Assembly (NCBI RefSeq): GCF_006345805.1
Contig: NC_043003.1
Location: 72,540,001 to 72,604,000, forward strand
DNA from: Octopus sinensis
Lineage: Eukaryota
Reading direction: 5' to 3'
DNA: 64,000 nt
Numbering within the stretch: position 1 is the stretch's first letter; the number at the start of each line of letters is the position of its first letter. Of this stretch, positions 36,703-49,610 are shown piece by piece. The notes under the pieces were generated by a model. That model saw only the letters and a program-made list of their open reading frames with translations, was not told the origin of the DNA and searched no databases. The translations under genes and the position numbers were made by a program.

Positions 36703-38739
36703 ATCAGAATGAATATTTAACATTCTACTATTTCATTTTATTTTATTCAATTATAATATATTATCTTATAATATATCATTATAAGATTGTAAATAAAACG
36801 TGAAAATCAGACAAGGTTGGAATTCTTTTTATTAATATATTCTTCTATACACAATCACACACACCCATATATATATTCTATATTCCTATTGTGTATATGC
36901 CAACATGTCTGGAAAGCAACAAACAAAATTAACAGAATCAGAAAGAATTCTAATGGAAATTTCATCGAAATTATCAACACTCATCACGATGATTGACACA
37001 CAATCCTCTATTTTAAAGGAAATAGAAAAACAGTCTACAGACGGAAAACTTGGAAATGAACACATAAACTCTGAAATTAAGAATTTAGCTGAAATGATAC
37101 CAACAATTATAAAATCTACAAGAGAAAGCCTACCACAACCTCCTTGGATGTCAGAAATAAACGAAAGAAATCTGGAAAAAGAGGCACACACACCGAAAAA
37201 GAGAAGAGATACAGAAGACATGGAAAAAACTCCTTAACATAAGAAAACAAAACTTCTGGAAGGCATATAAATGCGAAAAATATGCTGAAATACATTCGAA
37301 ATGGATATCTTAGCGGCACCCATACTTCCTCGGAAGTACCTAATTAAAGAAATTGCAGGAGAACCAGAGGAAGAAACTAAACTTCGATGGGACCTTAGTT
37401 TGATAAAATTCAGGACCGACATCTCCATTACCCTGTCTAAACAATCCCGCTACAAAGCCAAATACGAAGCTATCGATGATCAAATCAGAGATGAAATATC
37501 CAAACTAACGACCGGCAATATAGCAGAAAAAATGCGAGAACTATGGATCAGAGATATCTCAAAAGAAGAAAGCAGATCAAGAAAGTTTTGGCAGCGGAAA
37601 CAATTATTTCTCGACAAATATGCTACAAACTACGGTAAAGACAACAGAACTCCGAGAAATAGCATTAAAAGTGGACAACCTCACCAACGCAACATACACC
37701 AGAACACGTGGCAACATGAACACCTGTTTCACACCACGAATCGAAGACGAACTACGGTAAGAACTCTTCCCATTTTGTATGCAAACACCCCAATGCACAC
37801 AACATGAACAAAAAGCACAAACAAAATAGATATTGTTTTGAACAGACCATTAGCAGTAGAAATAACAGGAGATCATTTTCAAGACCTCACAGAGATTACC
37901 CACAAGAAACTGGACAAAAAACCGATCTAGATCTAGAAGTAAACCCAGATCATTTCTCCAGGTGGTTAAAAACAATGCTAACAAGAAATTGAAAAGTAGC
38001 ATACATAATACCAAAAACAAGACAGAAAACATAACGAACCAAGTAAAGTACCACAACCAAAACGCAAAATTCATCAAGCAAACATCAACAGGAATATAAT
38101 CATAACCAGAAAAAAATCCATTTTTTTACGTCAGGACAACAAACACCGGAGAAAGAAAAAATCCAAGAGGACATACCCCAAACAACTGAACGTATAGATC
38201 CTAAAATAATTAATTTATCAAAAAGAGATTTTGACAATGATGAAATCCAACTTCTGTCAAAAGGACTGAAATTCACACCTACACCAACAGCCAACCACCA
38301 AGAATTAAAGGAGGATATCCAAAAATTCTGTCGAAAATTACGACTTGTAGAATTCTTCGCTAACAAAAGTAATGAGATTGATGAATCCCTAGTAAGGAAT
38401 AAATCAAATTTCACCCCACCAAAAGGAAGAAATAACTACCTTGACCAATACATTGATATCCTGTCTAAATTTCCCCTTAGACGCAATACCAATGTTAGGC
38501 CAAACATTAGCAAATCAGAGATGTCTGCATGTAAACGTATACAAAACGATCAAACAATAATAATTAAACAAGCAGATAAAGGTGGTGCAATTGTTATTAT
38601 GGATACCGAACTATAAGGATTTGTTTGAAGACCAACTGAAGGATACAACCTTCTATTGTGAAATACCCAAATATAGACCACCACATCATGAAAAAGATCA
38701 ACAACCTGATTTCAACACACCACAACTCACTTACGGATA

Positions 38740-39747
38740 ATGAAAAAGACTACATCACCAATTTTGAACCAAAACCCAGCAACTTCTACGGCTTACCAAA
38801 AATACACAAATCAAAAAACATCAACAGGCAGTAAAAGAACAGAAAGTGAGTACATAAAATTATTACATCCAAAAGACCTAAAACTTAGACCTATTATAGC
38901 GGTCCAGCATGCCCTACACAACCGTCTAAGCAATTTTATTGACATTGTTTTGAAACCACTATGTACTTACATACCAAGTTTCATCAGGGATGACATCGAC
39001 TTCCTGTCCCATCTTCCCAAAACAACAGAAACAAATTCAGTTTTACTAAGTTTTGATGTGGTAAGCCTCTACACCAATATTCCACACGATTTAGGAATAA
39101 AGGCGATTAAATACTGGTTAGAAAAACATAGAGAAGTGATTCCCAGCAGATTCACAGTGCCTTTTATATTAGACACAGTCAAGCTTATTCTAGAAAATAA
39201 CACATTCTTCTTCAATGGAAAGAATTACATCCAAATTAGAGGCACGGCGATGGGAACGAGGTTTGCTCCCGTTTACGCCAACTCTGTAATGGGATACTTA
39301 GAAGAACAACTCTACCAAGAGGTGGAGGTAAACTATGGCACTGGGTTTAGAAAGTATATTGAAAAGGCATGGAAGAGATACCTAGACGACTGTTTCATAA
39401 TCTGGACAGAATCTCTAAATACTCTGGAAGAGTTCAATATCCTCCTGAACAACCTACACCCATCTCTCCAATTTACAAAGGAGATGAGTAGTACCAAATT
39501 ACCATTCCTGGATATAATGGTAATTAAAAAAGACACCACCATCACCACAGATATATACTATAAACACACAGACACACATCAATACCTAAATTTTAAGTCG
39601 TGCCATCCACCACATACAAAACGTAACATCCCATACTGCCTAGCCAGAAGAATTTGTACTATTGTAGAAGATGCAAATATCAGGAACAAACGCCTAATAG
39701 AACTAAGAGAATTTTTGCTCAAAACAAATACCCATCTCTACTTATAG
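38740..39747 (+). CDS. PLE reverse transcriptase core (longest open segment)
   Basis: 335-aa ORF with PLE/telomerase-like RT motifs including YLDD. Confidence 0.85.
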   Translation: MKKTTSPILNQNPATSTAYQKYTNQKTSTGSKRTESEYIKLLHPKDLKLRPIIAVQHALHNRLSNFIDIVLKPLCTYIPSFIRDDIDFLSHLPKTTETNSVLLSFDVVSLYTNIPHDLGIKAIKYWLEKHREVIPSRFTVPFILDTVKLILENNTFFFNGKNYIQIRGTAMGTRFAPVYANSVMGYLEEQLYQEVEVNYGTGFRKYIEKAWKRYLDDCFIIWTESLNTLEEFNILLNNLHPSLQFTKEMSSTKLPFLDIMVIKKDTTITTDIYYKHTDTHQYLNFKSCHPPHTKRNIPYCLARRICTIVEDANIRNKRLIELREFLLKTNTHLYL

Positions 39748-40921
39748 AAAATGGCATACAGCGGGCTATAAAAATACCTATACAACAACTTAGGACAACC
39801 CAAGGAAGAGGAAAACAAGAACAAGTCATACCATTCATAGTGACACACAACCCATGTCACCAGAATATCTTCAACATTGCCAAAGCAAACCTACCAATCA
39901 TTGCCCAAAGTAATGAATTAAAAGACATAATCACGGATCGAGCTATGGTGCTTAGTAAAAGACAGCCTAAAAACTTGAAAACATTACTAACAAAGGCAAA
40001 ATTTGACCTCAGCAACAAAGACCAAACATTCACGGTATCTAAATGCAATGATAGCCGATGTGGCACATGCCAATTCATACATACCGGTCATATATAAACA
40101 CAAAAACCGGGAAAATATTCACAAACGCGAATATGAACTGCAAAAGCAGAAATTTAATTTACTGCATCAAATGCCCAAATTGTGAAGAATATATGTAGGT
40201 CAGACGGGAAACGCACTATTAGAACGCTCACGTGTACACCGGCAACAGATTAAAGACCCAGAGGTCCGTCAGATACCTTTGAGTAACCACCTAGCAACAT
40301 GTGGCCGGAAAATATATATAATATTTCCATTCTACAAATTACACAGCCCAAGTGAAATCGAGAGGAAAATCAGAGAAAAGAATTTTATTGATAAATTCGA
40401 ACCCAAGCTAAATAAGCAATAATAATAATAATAATACTTAGAGGTATTACTTCCACTGCTACGACCATGACCACTAACAACAACAATACTAAAGGTGATC
40501 AAGACGAGATAGCAGGAAAATTATCTTATTTAGGGTTAAAAGTTCTATTGCCATAACCATCACCACTAGCAACAATAATTAAGGTGCTGACAATGATGAT
40601 GATGACAATTGAAATATAAAAAAAATATAAAAATCTCTGACAAAGGATATATACAACATTTCTAAAAATAACCCAACAATTGCTGCTTCGGCCAGGGTCA
40701 AGATACAGGACTCTTGACATGTCCAACAAAGCGTGACGCCTAAACCAATCAGCTCAACCAACCAATCAGCTTAAGTAATTGAGTGATACCACACACTGAT
40801 TGGTCAGAATACAGTTTGCAAAACCTAGCACTCTGGAGCCTACCCAGCTGTATTTATAGCACAGAATCAATCATCTTGCTACAGTCAAAAATTGTGAAGC
40901 ATGACTGTCAACACTACTACA

Positions 40922-40966
40922 TGAACCCGAAGATTGCAGAATTCAATGCATGAAAGTACTAGTTCA
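40922..40966 (+). ncRNA. Variant minimal HHR in the 3' pLTR copy
   Basis: UGAAC-CCGAAGA-UUGCA(GAAUUCAA)UGCAU-GAAA-GUAC-UA-GUUCA; core U4 replaced by C. Confidence 0.55.
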
Positions 40967-41181
40967 ATCAGAATGAATATTTAACATTCTACTATTTCAT
41001 TTTATTTTATTCAATTATAATATATTATCTTATAATATATCATTATAAGATTGTAAATAAAACGTGAAAATCAGACAAGGTTGGAATTCTTTTTATTAAT
41101 ATATTCTTCTATACACAATCACACACACCCATATATATATATTCTATATATATATATATATATATACACACACATACAGAT

Positions 41182-41588
41182 ATGGCTACCTCATTAAAAT
41201 ACTTGTTTCGCAGCCATGTCATTTCCGAGTTCAGTCCCACTGTGTGGTACCTTGTGCAAGTATGTTCTACTATAGCCTCAGGCCAACCAATATCTTGTGA
41301 GCGGATTTGGTAGACAGAAACTGAAAGAAGCCCGTTGTATATGTACATATATATATACATATATATATATTAATGTGTGTGCGTTTGTCCCCCCACCCAC
41401 CCGGCCATCACTTGACAACAAATGCTGGTGTGTTTATATCCCTGTAACTTAGCAGTTCGGCAAAAGGGAACAATAGAATAAGTACTAGGCTTACAAAGAA
41501 TAAGTCCTGGGGGCGATTTTTTCAACAAAAACTCTTTAAGGCAGTGCTCCAGCATGGCTGAGTCAAATGACTGAAATAAGTAAAAGAA
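41182..41588 (+). mobile_element. SINE family A, diverged
   Basis: Head and tail match. Confidence 0.75.
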
Positions 41589-41841
41589 TGTGTGTGTGTG
41601 TGTGTATGTGTGTGCTTGTGTGTGTGTGTGTGTATGTGTATGCTTGTGTGTGTGTGTGTGTATGTGTGTGCTTGTGTGTGTGAGAGAGAGAGATCATGTT
41701 TGTGTTTCTCCCCCAAAACTACTTGACAATGATATTAGCATGTTTATGTTCCTGTAACTTAGTGGTTTCGGCAAAAGAAAACAACAACAATAATAATAAT
41801 AATACCTTAGCAATGAGAACCCAGGTTCGAAAACTCCCCAA

Positions 41842-41887
41842 GACACCTGATAAAGGTTGGAGTGTATATCAGCTGAAACATTGTGTT
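41842..41887 (+). ncRNA. Degenerate minimal HHR motif
   Basis: GACAC-CUGAUAA-AGGUUGG...CAGCU-GAAAC-AUU-GUGUU; G8 and the cleavage-site G are mutated. Confidence 0.35.
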
Positions 41888-42816
41888 AACAACAAACAAG
41901 ATGAAGACAAATATCTGTCAAATGTAAACAAGGTAAATAATGCCCATAATTCCTGATCTCTTAAATATAGAACTGCATCACCTACATTTGGGTTTCTCTC
42001 AACCATTAAGATGCTTTTAAGTCTCCATATACTTCTCTTTTTCTCTGTTATTCCTAATCAAACTTTGCTCGCCAACATGAAAAAACAATCGCTGTGGCTT
42101 ATTGTCGGGTCAATGATAAAATTCCCGATTTGAACCTTGTAAGTTGGGGGGGGGGGGTGTCTTATAGGTAAGGGTGTTTTATAGTCAAGTATATACAGTA
42201 AGTGCATACATATGTACAGTTATGTAAGAACCTGGATTAAGTAAGCATATAAGCACATGTGGGAAAACTTGCATGTTTATATCTAAGCTCTGTATGTTCT
42301 TGGCTTTTCTGTCATAAAAGTTAATGTAAATCACCTAAATGTGGAAATAACAAAACAGGTAAAAATCAATCACTGAGAACACTGACAGATTTGTTGAGCT
42401 GCAATGGATATAAACTTTATCTATGTCGTTCAGTAAAGACATCAAGAGCCCATAAGTCATTCAAAGTATGTACATCCTGGAGCAGCTTAAACAAGCTGTG
42501 AAGAGCTTAATAATTCCATAAAATATTACTCACTAGATCTGCAATAAATGAATCCCAAAATTCAGTTGCACTTCGCTGTAAGCCTGCAGCTGTACCTTAC
42601 TGAAATCCAGTTGGTGAAACTCACTGAACCCTTGCAAAGAAACAGTTACAGATGCAACTTAAAACTAACAGCTTCCACTTAGTTTTCTTTTTGTGCATGC
42701 ACACACACACACACACACACACATGCAAATTATGTGGTAGGGAAGTTTGCTTCCCACCTAGATTGTTTGAACTTCGGTCCTATGTGTGACACCTTGGGTA
42801 AGTGTCTTCTACTATA

Positions 42817-43099
42817 GGGGAGGAAGCACTCCGTCGGTTACGACGATGAGGGTTCCGGTTGATCCGACCAACGGAACAGCCTGCTCATGAAATTAACGTG
42901 TAAGTGGCTGAGCACTCCACAGACACGAGTACCCTTAACGTAGTTCTCAGGGATATTCAGCATGACACAGAGAGTGACAAGGCCGGCCCTTTGAAATACA
43001 GGTACAACAGAAACAGGAAGAAAGAGTGAGAGAAAGTTGTGGTGAAAGAGTACAGCAGGGATCACCACCATCCCCTGCCGGAGCCTCGTGGAGCTTTAG
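42817..43099 (-). mobile_element. 5'-truncated SINE C-related retroposon nested in a SINE A, 13-bp TSD
   Basis: GTCTTCTACTATA at 42804-42816 and 43100-43112; core shared with 15801-16095. Confidence 0.85.
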
Positions 43100-43782
43100 G
43101 TCTTCTACTATACCCATGTGTCAAATAAAACCTGGTGATTGATTTGGCAAGCAGAAACTGAAGTAGGCTCATGTCTCTTTGTCATGACATCCTGTGATAG
43201 GTATATCCGTGTGTCACTATCACACAAACAGAGTTCTTTCATTTTCAATATTCTGCAGAAACATGCCTCACAATGAGGAAATATTTACTTGCTTTGAAAC
43301 AGGTAGGGTTGGCAGCAGGAAGGGCATCTGGACACACAATATTTACCTCAGAATACTCTATCAGACGCAAGGACAGAGTGGGTGTTTATATTATGATGAT
43401 GATGACAATGACACACACATGTAAATACATCAGAACATATTAATTCTCGTTATTACAGTCAAATTTTCTGTACAGATTGTATATAGATTTATTGATATTT
43501 TTGTAGTGTTACATTCATTTACAGTAATTATTTTTGCCACGACTGGCTTATGACATAACTGCTTAATATTTTATGTATATTTCATGCCATTTATATATAT
43601 ATATACACCCACCCACATACATACACACAAACACACCCATATATATATCAATACACATATACAAACATATATACATACATGCAAATATACATACATATAC
43701 ATATGTAGAAAAGTTACATATATGTATACATATATAGATTTATATACATACATATTTAGACGCACACACACACACACATATA

Positions 43783-43828
<46 letters not shown>

Positions 43829-44091
43829 AGGGTATGTGTGTGTACATAAATTTATTTATGCATTTGTGTGTATGAATACATGCATATATATATATGTAAA
43901 TACATATGTACATATTTACATATACACACATTTACAAGTACATACAAAGATATACACACGTAACATATATATATATGTACACACACATACATACACATAT
44001 ATAGATTCACATATACACTCATGCACACATACACATATAAACGTATGTATATGTATATCTACAGATATTACATACATCTAAATACACCTAC

Positions 44092-44125
<34 letters not shown>

Positions 44126-44154
44126 ACACACACATATATGTATACATAATTTAT

Positions 44155-44193
<39 letters not shown>

Positions 44194-44668
44194 CATACAT
44201 ACATACATACACACATATATATGTATACATATATATGTTATGTATATATAATGTATACAAATATATATATGCATATAATGAATTTAATGCATATTTCTTT
44301 ATTTTAATTTCTGCCATGTGGCTGTGGTCATGATGGAGCGATACATATACTTATAATATATATATATATGTGTGTGTGTGTGTATACATAAACATATGTG
44401 TGAGTTTATAGATACACATACACTTATATATATATATACATACACTTATACATATATGTACATACAAACACATATATACAAGCATGCACACGTATGTACA
44501 TTTACATATAAACATACACACATATGTATAAATACATATATATACATACATATATATTTATATATGTATGTATATGTATTCATACATACATACTTAGACT
44601 CTCATACTTTATACATGCAGGCTAATGTCTGTGTATATATATTTGTGTGTGTGTGTGTGTGTGCATGT

Positions 44669-44704
<36 letters not shown>

Positions 44705-44708
44705 ATGT

Positions 44709-44755
<47 letters not shown>

Positions 44756-44939
44756 CACATATCTTAAACTGCATATTTTATATGGTTTAATTAAAGTTTC
44801 CATTAATCTCAAAGTGAATTGAATGTTTTTTTTTTTTATTTGGAGTCAAAATGAACCCTCTCCTGAATCATACTTATTATGCCACGCACTGTACTTGATG
44901 CATCGAGCATGCATGATCTAACAAATAGAATGTGTGTGA

Positions 44940-44972
<33 letters not shown>

Positions 44973-45015
44973 GTTGGGAGATGAAGAAAAAGAAGAGCGA
45001 AGAAAGGTCGTTTAT

Positions 45016-45633
45016 TTATTTGGTTCCCTTTGAAGGGGCAACACTGGTGTGGCGTGCAAGGCGCCGGTTTCGTAATGTCTGAACTAGGGAGCTGACATTT
45101 ATGTTCTGTTCAAAATACTTCACCACAGGGGGTTCTGTCAACATGGAGGCTAAAAACTGCTCAAATGTTATCAGCCAGTCAGAATCTGGTTTGCTTGATG
45201 CATCACTTGTCTCTGAGATCTGCCTTGGCCTTGGTGAAGTATCATCTAACTTGTCATCAACTCCACCAGTCCCACTGTCCACAGACGTAGTGTTGCCAGA
45301 AGAAATGGTGGTATTGTCTAATGGTTTCTCCTCTTTAGCAAGCTCAGAGTTGTTCTCAGAGGAGGTGTGTAAAACCGAGTCAACTGTTGCAGTGGATGTT
45401 GATAGGCTGGTGCGGTTGTCATCGGCAACAAGAGCACTATTTTCACTTAGTGTTTCATCAGATTCAGAGGTGCAGTCTTCACCTTCACCAGTCTTTAGGT
45501 AGAACTTCTTGCCAACTTCTCCAATTTCCAGTAAAAGAGTGCCGACATTTGCAATGGAATGATACAGTTGTTGCTCTTCTGGATGGTTAGCAAACATATC
45601 ATACAAAGTTTTCCACAGCTGAATGAATTGTTC
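45016..45633 (-). CDS. TBC1D9: TBC1D9/TBC1D8-family Rab-GAP, terminal coding exon
   Basis: EQFIQLWKTLYDMF..EQQLYHSIANVGTLLLEIGEVGKKF and WLITFEQFLASMLTEPPVVKYFE match the family C-terminus; acceptor TTTTGCCTCCAG, phase 0, TAA stop. Confidence 0.9.
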   Translation of the reverse strand, partial: EQFIQLWKTLYDMFANHPEEQQLYHSIANVGTLLLEIGEVGKKFYLKTGEGEDCTSESDETLSENSALVADDNRTSLSTSTATVDSVLHTSSENNSELAKEEKPLDNTTISSGNTTSVDSGTGGVDDKLDDTSPRPRQISETSDASSKPDSDWLITFEQFLASMLTEPPVVKYFEQNINVSSLVQTLRNRRLARHTSVAPSKGTK

Positions 45634-46257
45634 CTGGAGGCAAAAATAGAAAATTAGTTTTTAAATAAATATTCACTAATGAAGTTTTTATTAATTAAAA
45701 TTCATAGGTATAAAATCAAAATTGGAAAAATGTGTGATATAATGGCTTACAGATCACAAGTCCAAACTATATAACTCTGTTTTATTTCCAGTCAGCCACT
45801 TTAGCACTGGGTCATTTCCTCTCTGATTATACAGAGAGAATGTTGCTAAATGTACCCAACCATAGCAAATATAATAACTTTTGCAATGATAATATCCAGT
45901 ATTTCTGCTGAATTTATTACAGTTTAATTAGGTTTTCATCCCTTAATATGATTGTATTTAAAATTTCATTGGATCAACCAATTTAAAATTGCTCTTAGCT
46001 ACTTCTGAGATGGTGGACACATCTGGAAATTGTTTTATTAATGCTGGAAAACTGAGCAAAATTTAAACAATACATACTGAATTTGTAAGAATATATCTGA
46101 TTTTGGAAAGGTTGTACAAAGAACACCATTTGTAAGTCAAATAGTAATATTTACAACCGAAACACCAACATTTCCACATCAAATACCACTAAATTCTCAG
46201 ACAAAGAGGAGAGGTGGTGAGGATAAAAATTCAAAATGCTTTTTGCAGAAAAAATAC

Positions 46258-46355
46258 CTGATTCAAACGTGGTACATTGCGGAACTCAGCTTTGCTATCC
46301 TGCTTAATGATGTTTAATACAGAACGTTTCCGCAGTCCGCTGAAAGTGACGCTAT
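46258..46355 (-). CDS. TBC1D9: TBC1D9-family internal exon (98 nt)
   Basis: TTTTCAG acceptor, (D)SVTFSGLRKRSVLNIIKQDSKAEFRNVPRLNQ, GTATTT donor; PRLNQ|EQFIQ matches the family LPKLNQ.QFI junction; phases 1 to 0 fit the neighbours. Confidence 0.85.
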
Positions 46356-47815
46356 CTGAAAATATGAAAATATATATAAATAAGAAAAATGAATAGTATT
46401 TTATTTCATACTAACAGTATGAAAGACATAGGATATCTTCAGTGTTTCCTGTGTAGTATGTCATAGTTTATGGTGATGGTGTAACTACAGTAGTGGAGTA
46501 GGGAGAATAGTGCGGTTACAGTAGTAGAATTGACAGTATTGGTACAGTAGAGATGATAGCATAGATACAGTAGAATAGCAATGAAAAAATATAGATACAG
46601 AAGTGTGGTAGAAGTGACAGAATTGCTACAGAAGAGCAGTACAAAAGAGAGTATAGGTACAACAGAAGTAACAGGATAGTTAGTGTAATGGAAACTATGC
46701 CTCAAACATCTCCACCTAAATGGATGGAGCTTTCAGATACGTTATAAACAGATTATAAATGATCAAGACACTGAATGAATCTATAATCTTCAAATGTCTG
46801 CTTCTTTCCTTATATTAAATGTGGATATTGATACATGTATACTAGCTTTTCCTTTCAGTAGCATCTTTTTTCTACCTTTTGAACACTTTCAAATGAAAGT
46901 GTTGTGCCTGAACATCTCTTCATCATGGAAAAATAATTTATTCTTCAATTCAAGCTGCTTCTACAATTTGTCGATGTCAATCCACACTAGCTACTTCACA
47001 ATCTACTTTTGCACTTTCCCATTTTTCTAACTATTTTGGTTTTTAGATCTATTTTTCAAAATAAGCTTTCAGTTTACTATGAATTCTCATCTGAAAAGAA
47101 GTTAGCCTCAAATTTTTGTTTCTAAATCTTTGTTAATTCAGTTTATGCTATAAGTATGTTGAAAGAATAAAATGAAAATCTAATCACAACAAGGAATGGT
47201 GGGAACACTTCACAAACGTTTAAACATGTAATACAGCCAGTTTTATTCATTAAAAGCAAATAGTCCAAGCTAAATTCACTTTCATATATTCATAGTGGTG
47301 AGAAGTTTGCAGTTGGCTCGCTCCTAATGGAATATTTTCTCCACACTGTTAACTTCCACTTTTCTAGTGTTTTGAACACTACATAAATGATTTTATCATT
47401 TATTGTCAGATGTAATACTTGCCATGTTTATGTAAATGTGCTGCGGCTGTTAGTGAACTCACAGACCTATATTTTAAACAGGATTCTAATAATCATCTAA
47501 TCTACGAAGCCAGTCAGACATAAACGCGAAGCAAACAAATATTTACTCCCAGACTATTTCACTTTATATTTGGAATGTGAGAATATCACCTAAAGATGGC
47601 TAGAGAAAACACCAACTGAAATGTTGCATCAACAACAAATCCCACTTGCCAATGATCAGGTTGCAGATGCATGACAAAGATTTTTGACAATAGTAGACTA
47701 TATACTAGAGAATAAAACACATATGAATATGAAGCTATACGTTTTAATTGACTATAAAATCTCAAACACAATGTAATGGTTTCAATTTCAACACATAGCC
47801 TCAAATCAAACCACT

Positions 47816-48048
47816 TATTTCTTTACTGCCCACAAAGGGCTACACACAGAGGGGACAAACAAGGACAGACAAATGGATTAAGTCGATTATATCGACCACG
47901 GTGCGTAACTGGTTCTTATTTAATCAACCCCGAAAGGATGAAAGGCAAAGTTGACCTCGGCGGAATTTGAACTCAGAATGTAGTGGCAGACGAAATATTG
48001 CTAAACATTTCGCCTGGCGTGCTAATGTTTCTGCCAGCTCGCTGCCTT
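47816..48048 (-). mobile_element. SINE family B
   Basis: Reverse complement of the 5787-6021 type. Confidence 0.85.
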
Positions 48049-48367
48049 AAACTACTTGCCATACAAGTATAACTCTGACATGGTGAGGTTTTAATAACAA
48101 AATTAAAACTGTACAGTATATTCTATTAGAGAATTATCTAACTTTATGGCATACAGTGTCACTTTCTTAAGGAATTTAAATTTAACAATCTGAAAGATTA
48201 TTCCATCTGCACCAAATGAAAAAACTGATAGTTGTGCAGCCTGAGAAGATATAAAAGTGTGCAGCAGCAACAGTAGTCACAATTAGCATAAACAAAGAAC
48301 AGATTGATAGACAAAATAAACACTTGAAACGTCCAGAAAACTGAAATGAAAGCAAAGAGAGTTGCAC

Positions 48368-48628
48368 CTTTCGATGTGCTGGTTGTGGTGCTAATGGCAG
48401 TCTCTGAAACACTGCCTTCATCGTCTTCTAAATGATCAACAGTCGATAGGGTGTTAGTGTCACTGTCGGCGGAATACATCGATGAATCCTGTCGCAGACG
48501 TTCACAGAGATCCTTCTCAATGTCCAGGTTATCATTTGAGGTTAGTGTTTTAAGAGGTGAGCCATCTTGAAGGGAGATGTCTTCATTAGAAGAAAGGTCA
48601 TCAGGGAAGGCTGAAGGTAATTCAAGAT
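48368..48628 (-). CDS. TBC1D9: TBC1D9-family internal acidic exon (261 nt)
   Basis: Polypyrimidine acceptor TTCTCTTTTACTCAG; open acidic/Ser-rich frame; AAG|GTGCAA donor (weak); phase 1-1 bridges the flanking exons. Confidence 0.65.
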
Positions 48629-49114
48629 CTGAGTAAAAGAGAAGGAAGTAAGGTTACCATGTAGGAAGGAAGAGAAGAAAGGGAGAGAGGGATTACATTG
48701 AATAAAATAAAGAAAATGTTTACAGTATATATATGTGTGTGTGAGTGCATGCAACACTGAGGAACAGAATGTACAGCTATCAAAATTTCTACAGATGAAA
48801 ATGGTTACCATTGGACAACCACAAGCAAAGAAGCATACATATGTTACACTCACAAGTCTATTAAACAGGTAAACATTGTGTTAATACATAGATACAAGTT
48901 TTACTGTTTGATTCTTTGAAGATGAAGAATTGAGTAGCAAACATTAGCATAAGTAAAACAGAGATGATAGAGAAACAGACAGGGAGTCCAATAGGGTAAA
49001 CATGGAAATGCTATAACATGCAAGTCTTTATAAACAATAAAAAATAGGTAAAAATGAAAAATAACTGCTATTATTAGTATGAACTGCCACATTATTATTA
49101 TTATTATTATTATT

Positions 49115-49577
49115 GAGTGAGAAAGTAATGCATGCCATCAAAATGACACTGGAGGGTACAAATACACAAAGGCCAATATACCCACAATGTCTAATAAGGG
49201 TACACCAGGCACATGCATCACAACCATATTTGCGAGACATGGTGATCTCATATTGAGATAAACAGCGCATGACCTTGCAGGTGGGGACTAGTTAGAATTT
49301 TCTTCAAGTCGAGTAGCCCATCTTCTTCAAAAGGTACCTGAATGAGAGCTGTTTAAGGATGATAAATGAAATACCTGTTTCCAGAGGTGAATTATTCAAA
49401 CCTCAAAGAATTTCTCACAACACATGGCTATGATTCTCCCCTCCCACTACGTCTGTTCATGATCAGAGATGCACATATCATCAGCCACTAAAGAACATGC
49501 TCAACTGGTTAAGGTCAAGCAACTGACATGCAAATCTGTGGTATTGAGCAGAATATTTGCTGTAGCCCACCTTTTAC
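49115..49577 (-). mobile_element. Second copy of the 550-bp (TTA)n-flanked element
   Basis: Aligns along its length with 988-1460. Confidence 0.75.
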
Positions 49578-49610
49578 ATCAAGGTTTATCATTATTATTA
49601 TTATTATTAT

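Larger units (their letters stand above)
35292..36882 (+). mobile_element. Upstream partial-tandem copy (pLTR) of the PLE 3' end
   Basis: Near-identical to 39551-41148; encodes the RT C-terminus and GIY-YIG (LIYCIKCPNCEEIYVGQTG). Confidence 0.9.
36885..41148 (+). mobile_element. Near full-length Penelope-like retroelement
   Basis: ATG near 36904; long N-terminal region; INLSKRDFDNDEIQLLSKGLKFTPTP; KQADKGGAIV; FDVVSLYTNIP; GTAMGTRFAPVYAN; WKRYLDDCF; GIY-YIG C-terminus; frameshifts mostly in homopolymers. Confidence 0.92.

Noticed and set aside
48198-48367. Hydrophobic extension of the ORF beyond the exon (GATLFAFISVFW..)
   Set aside because: Read-through into T-rich intron past the predicted donor
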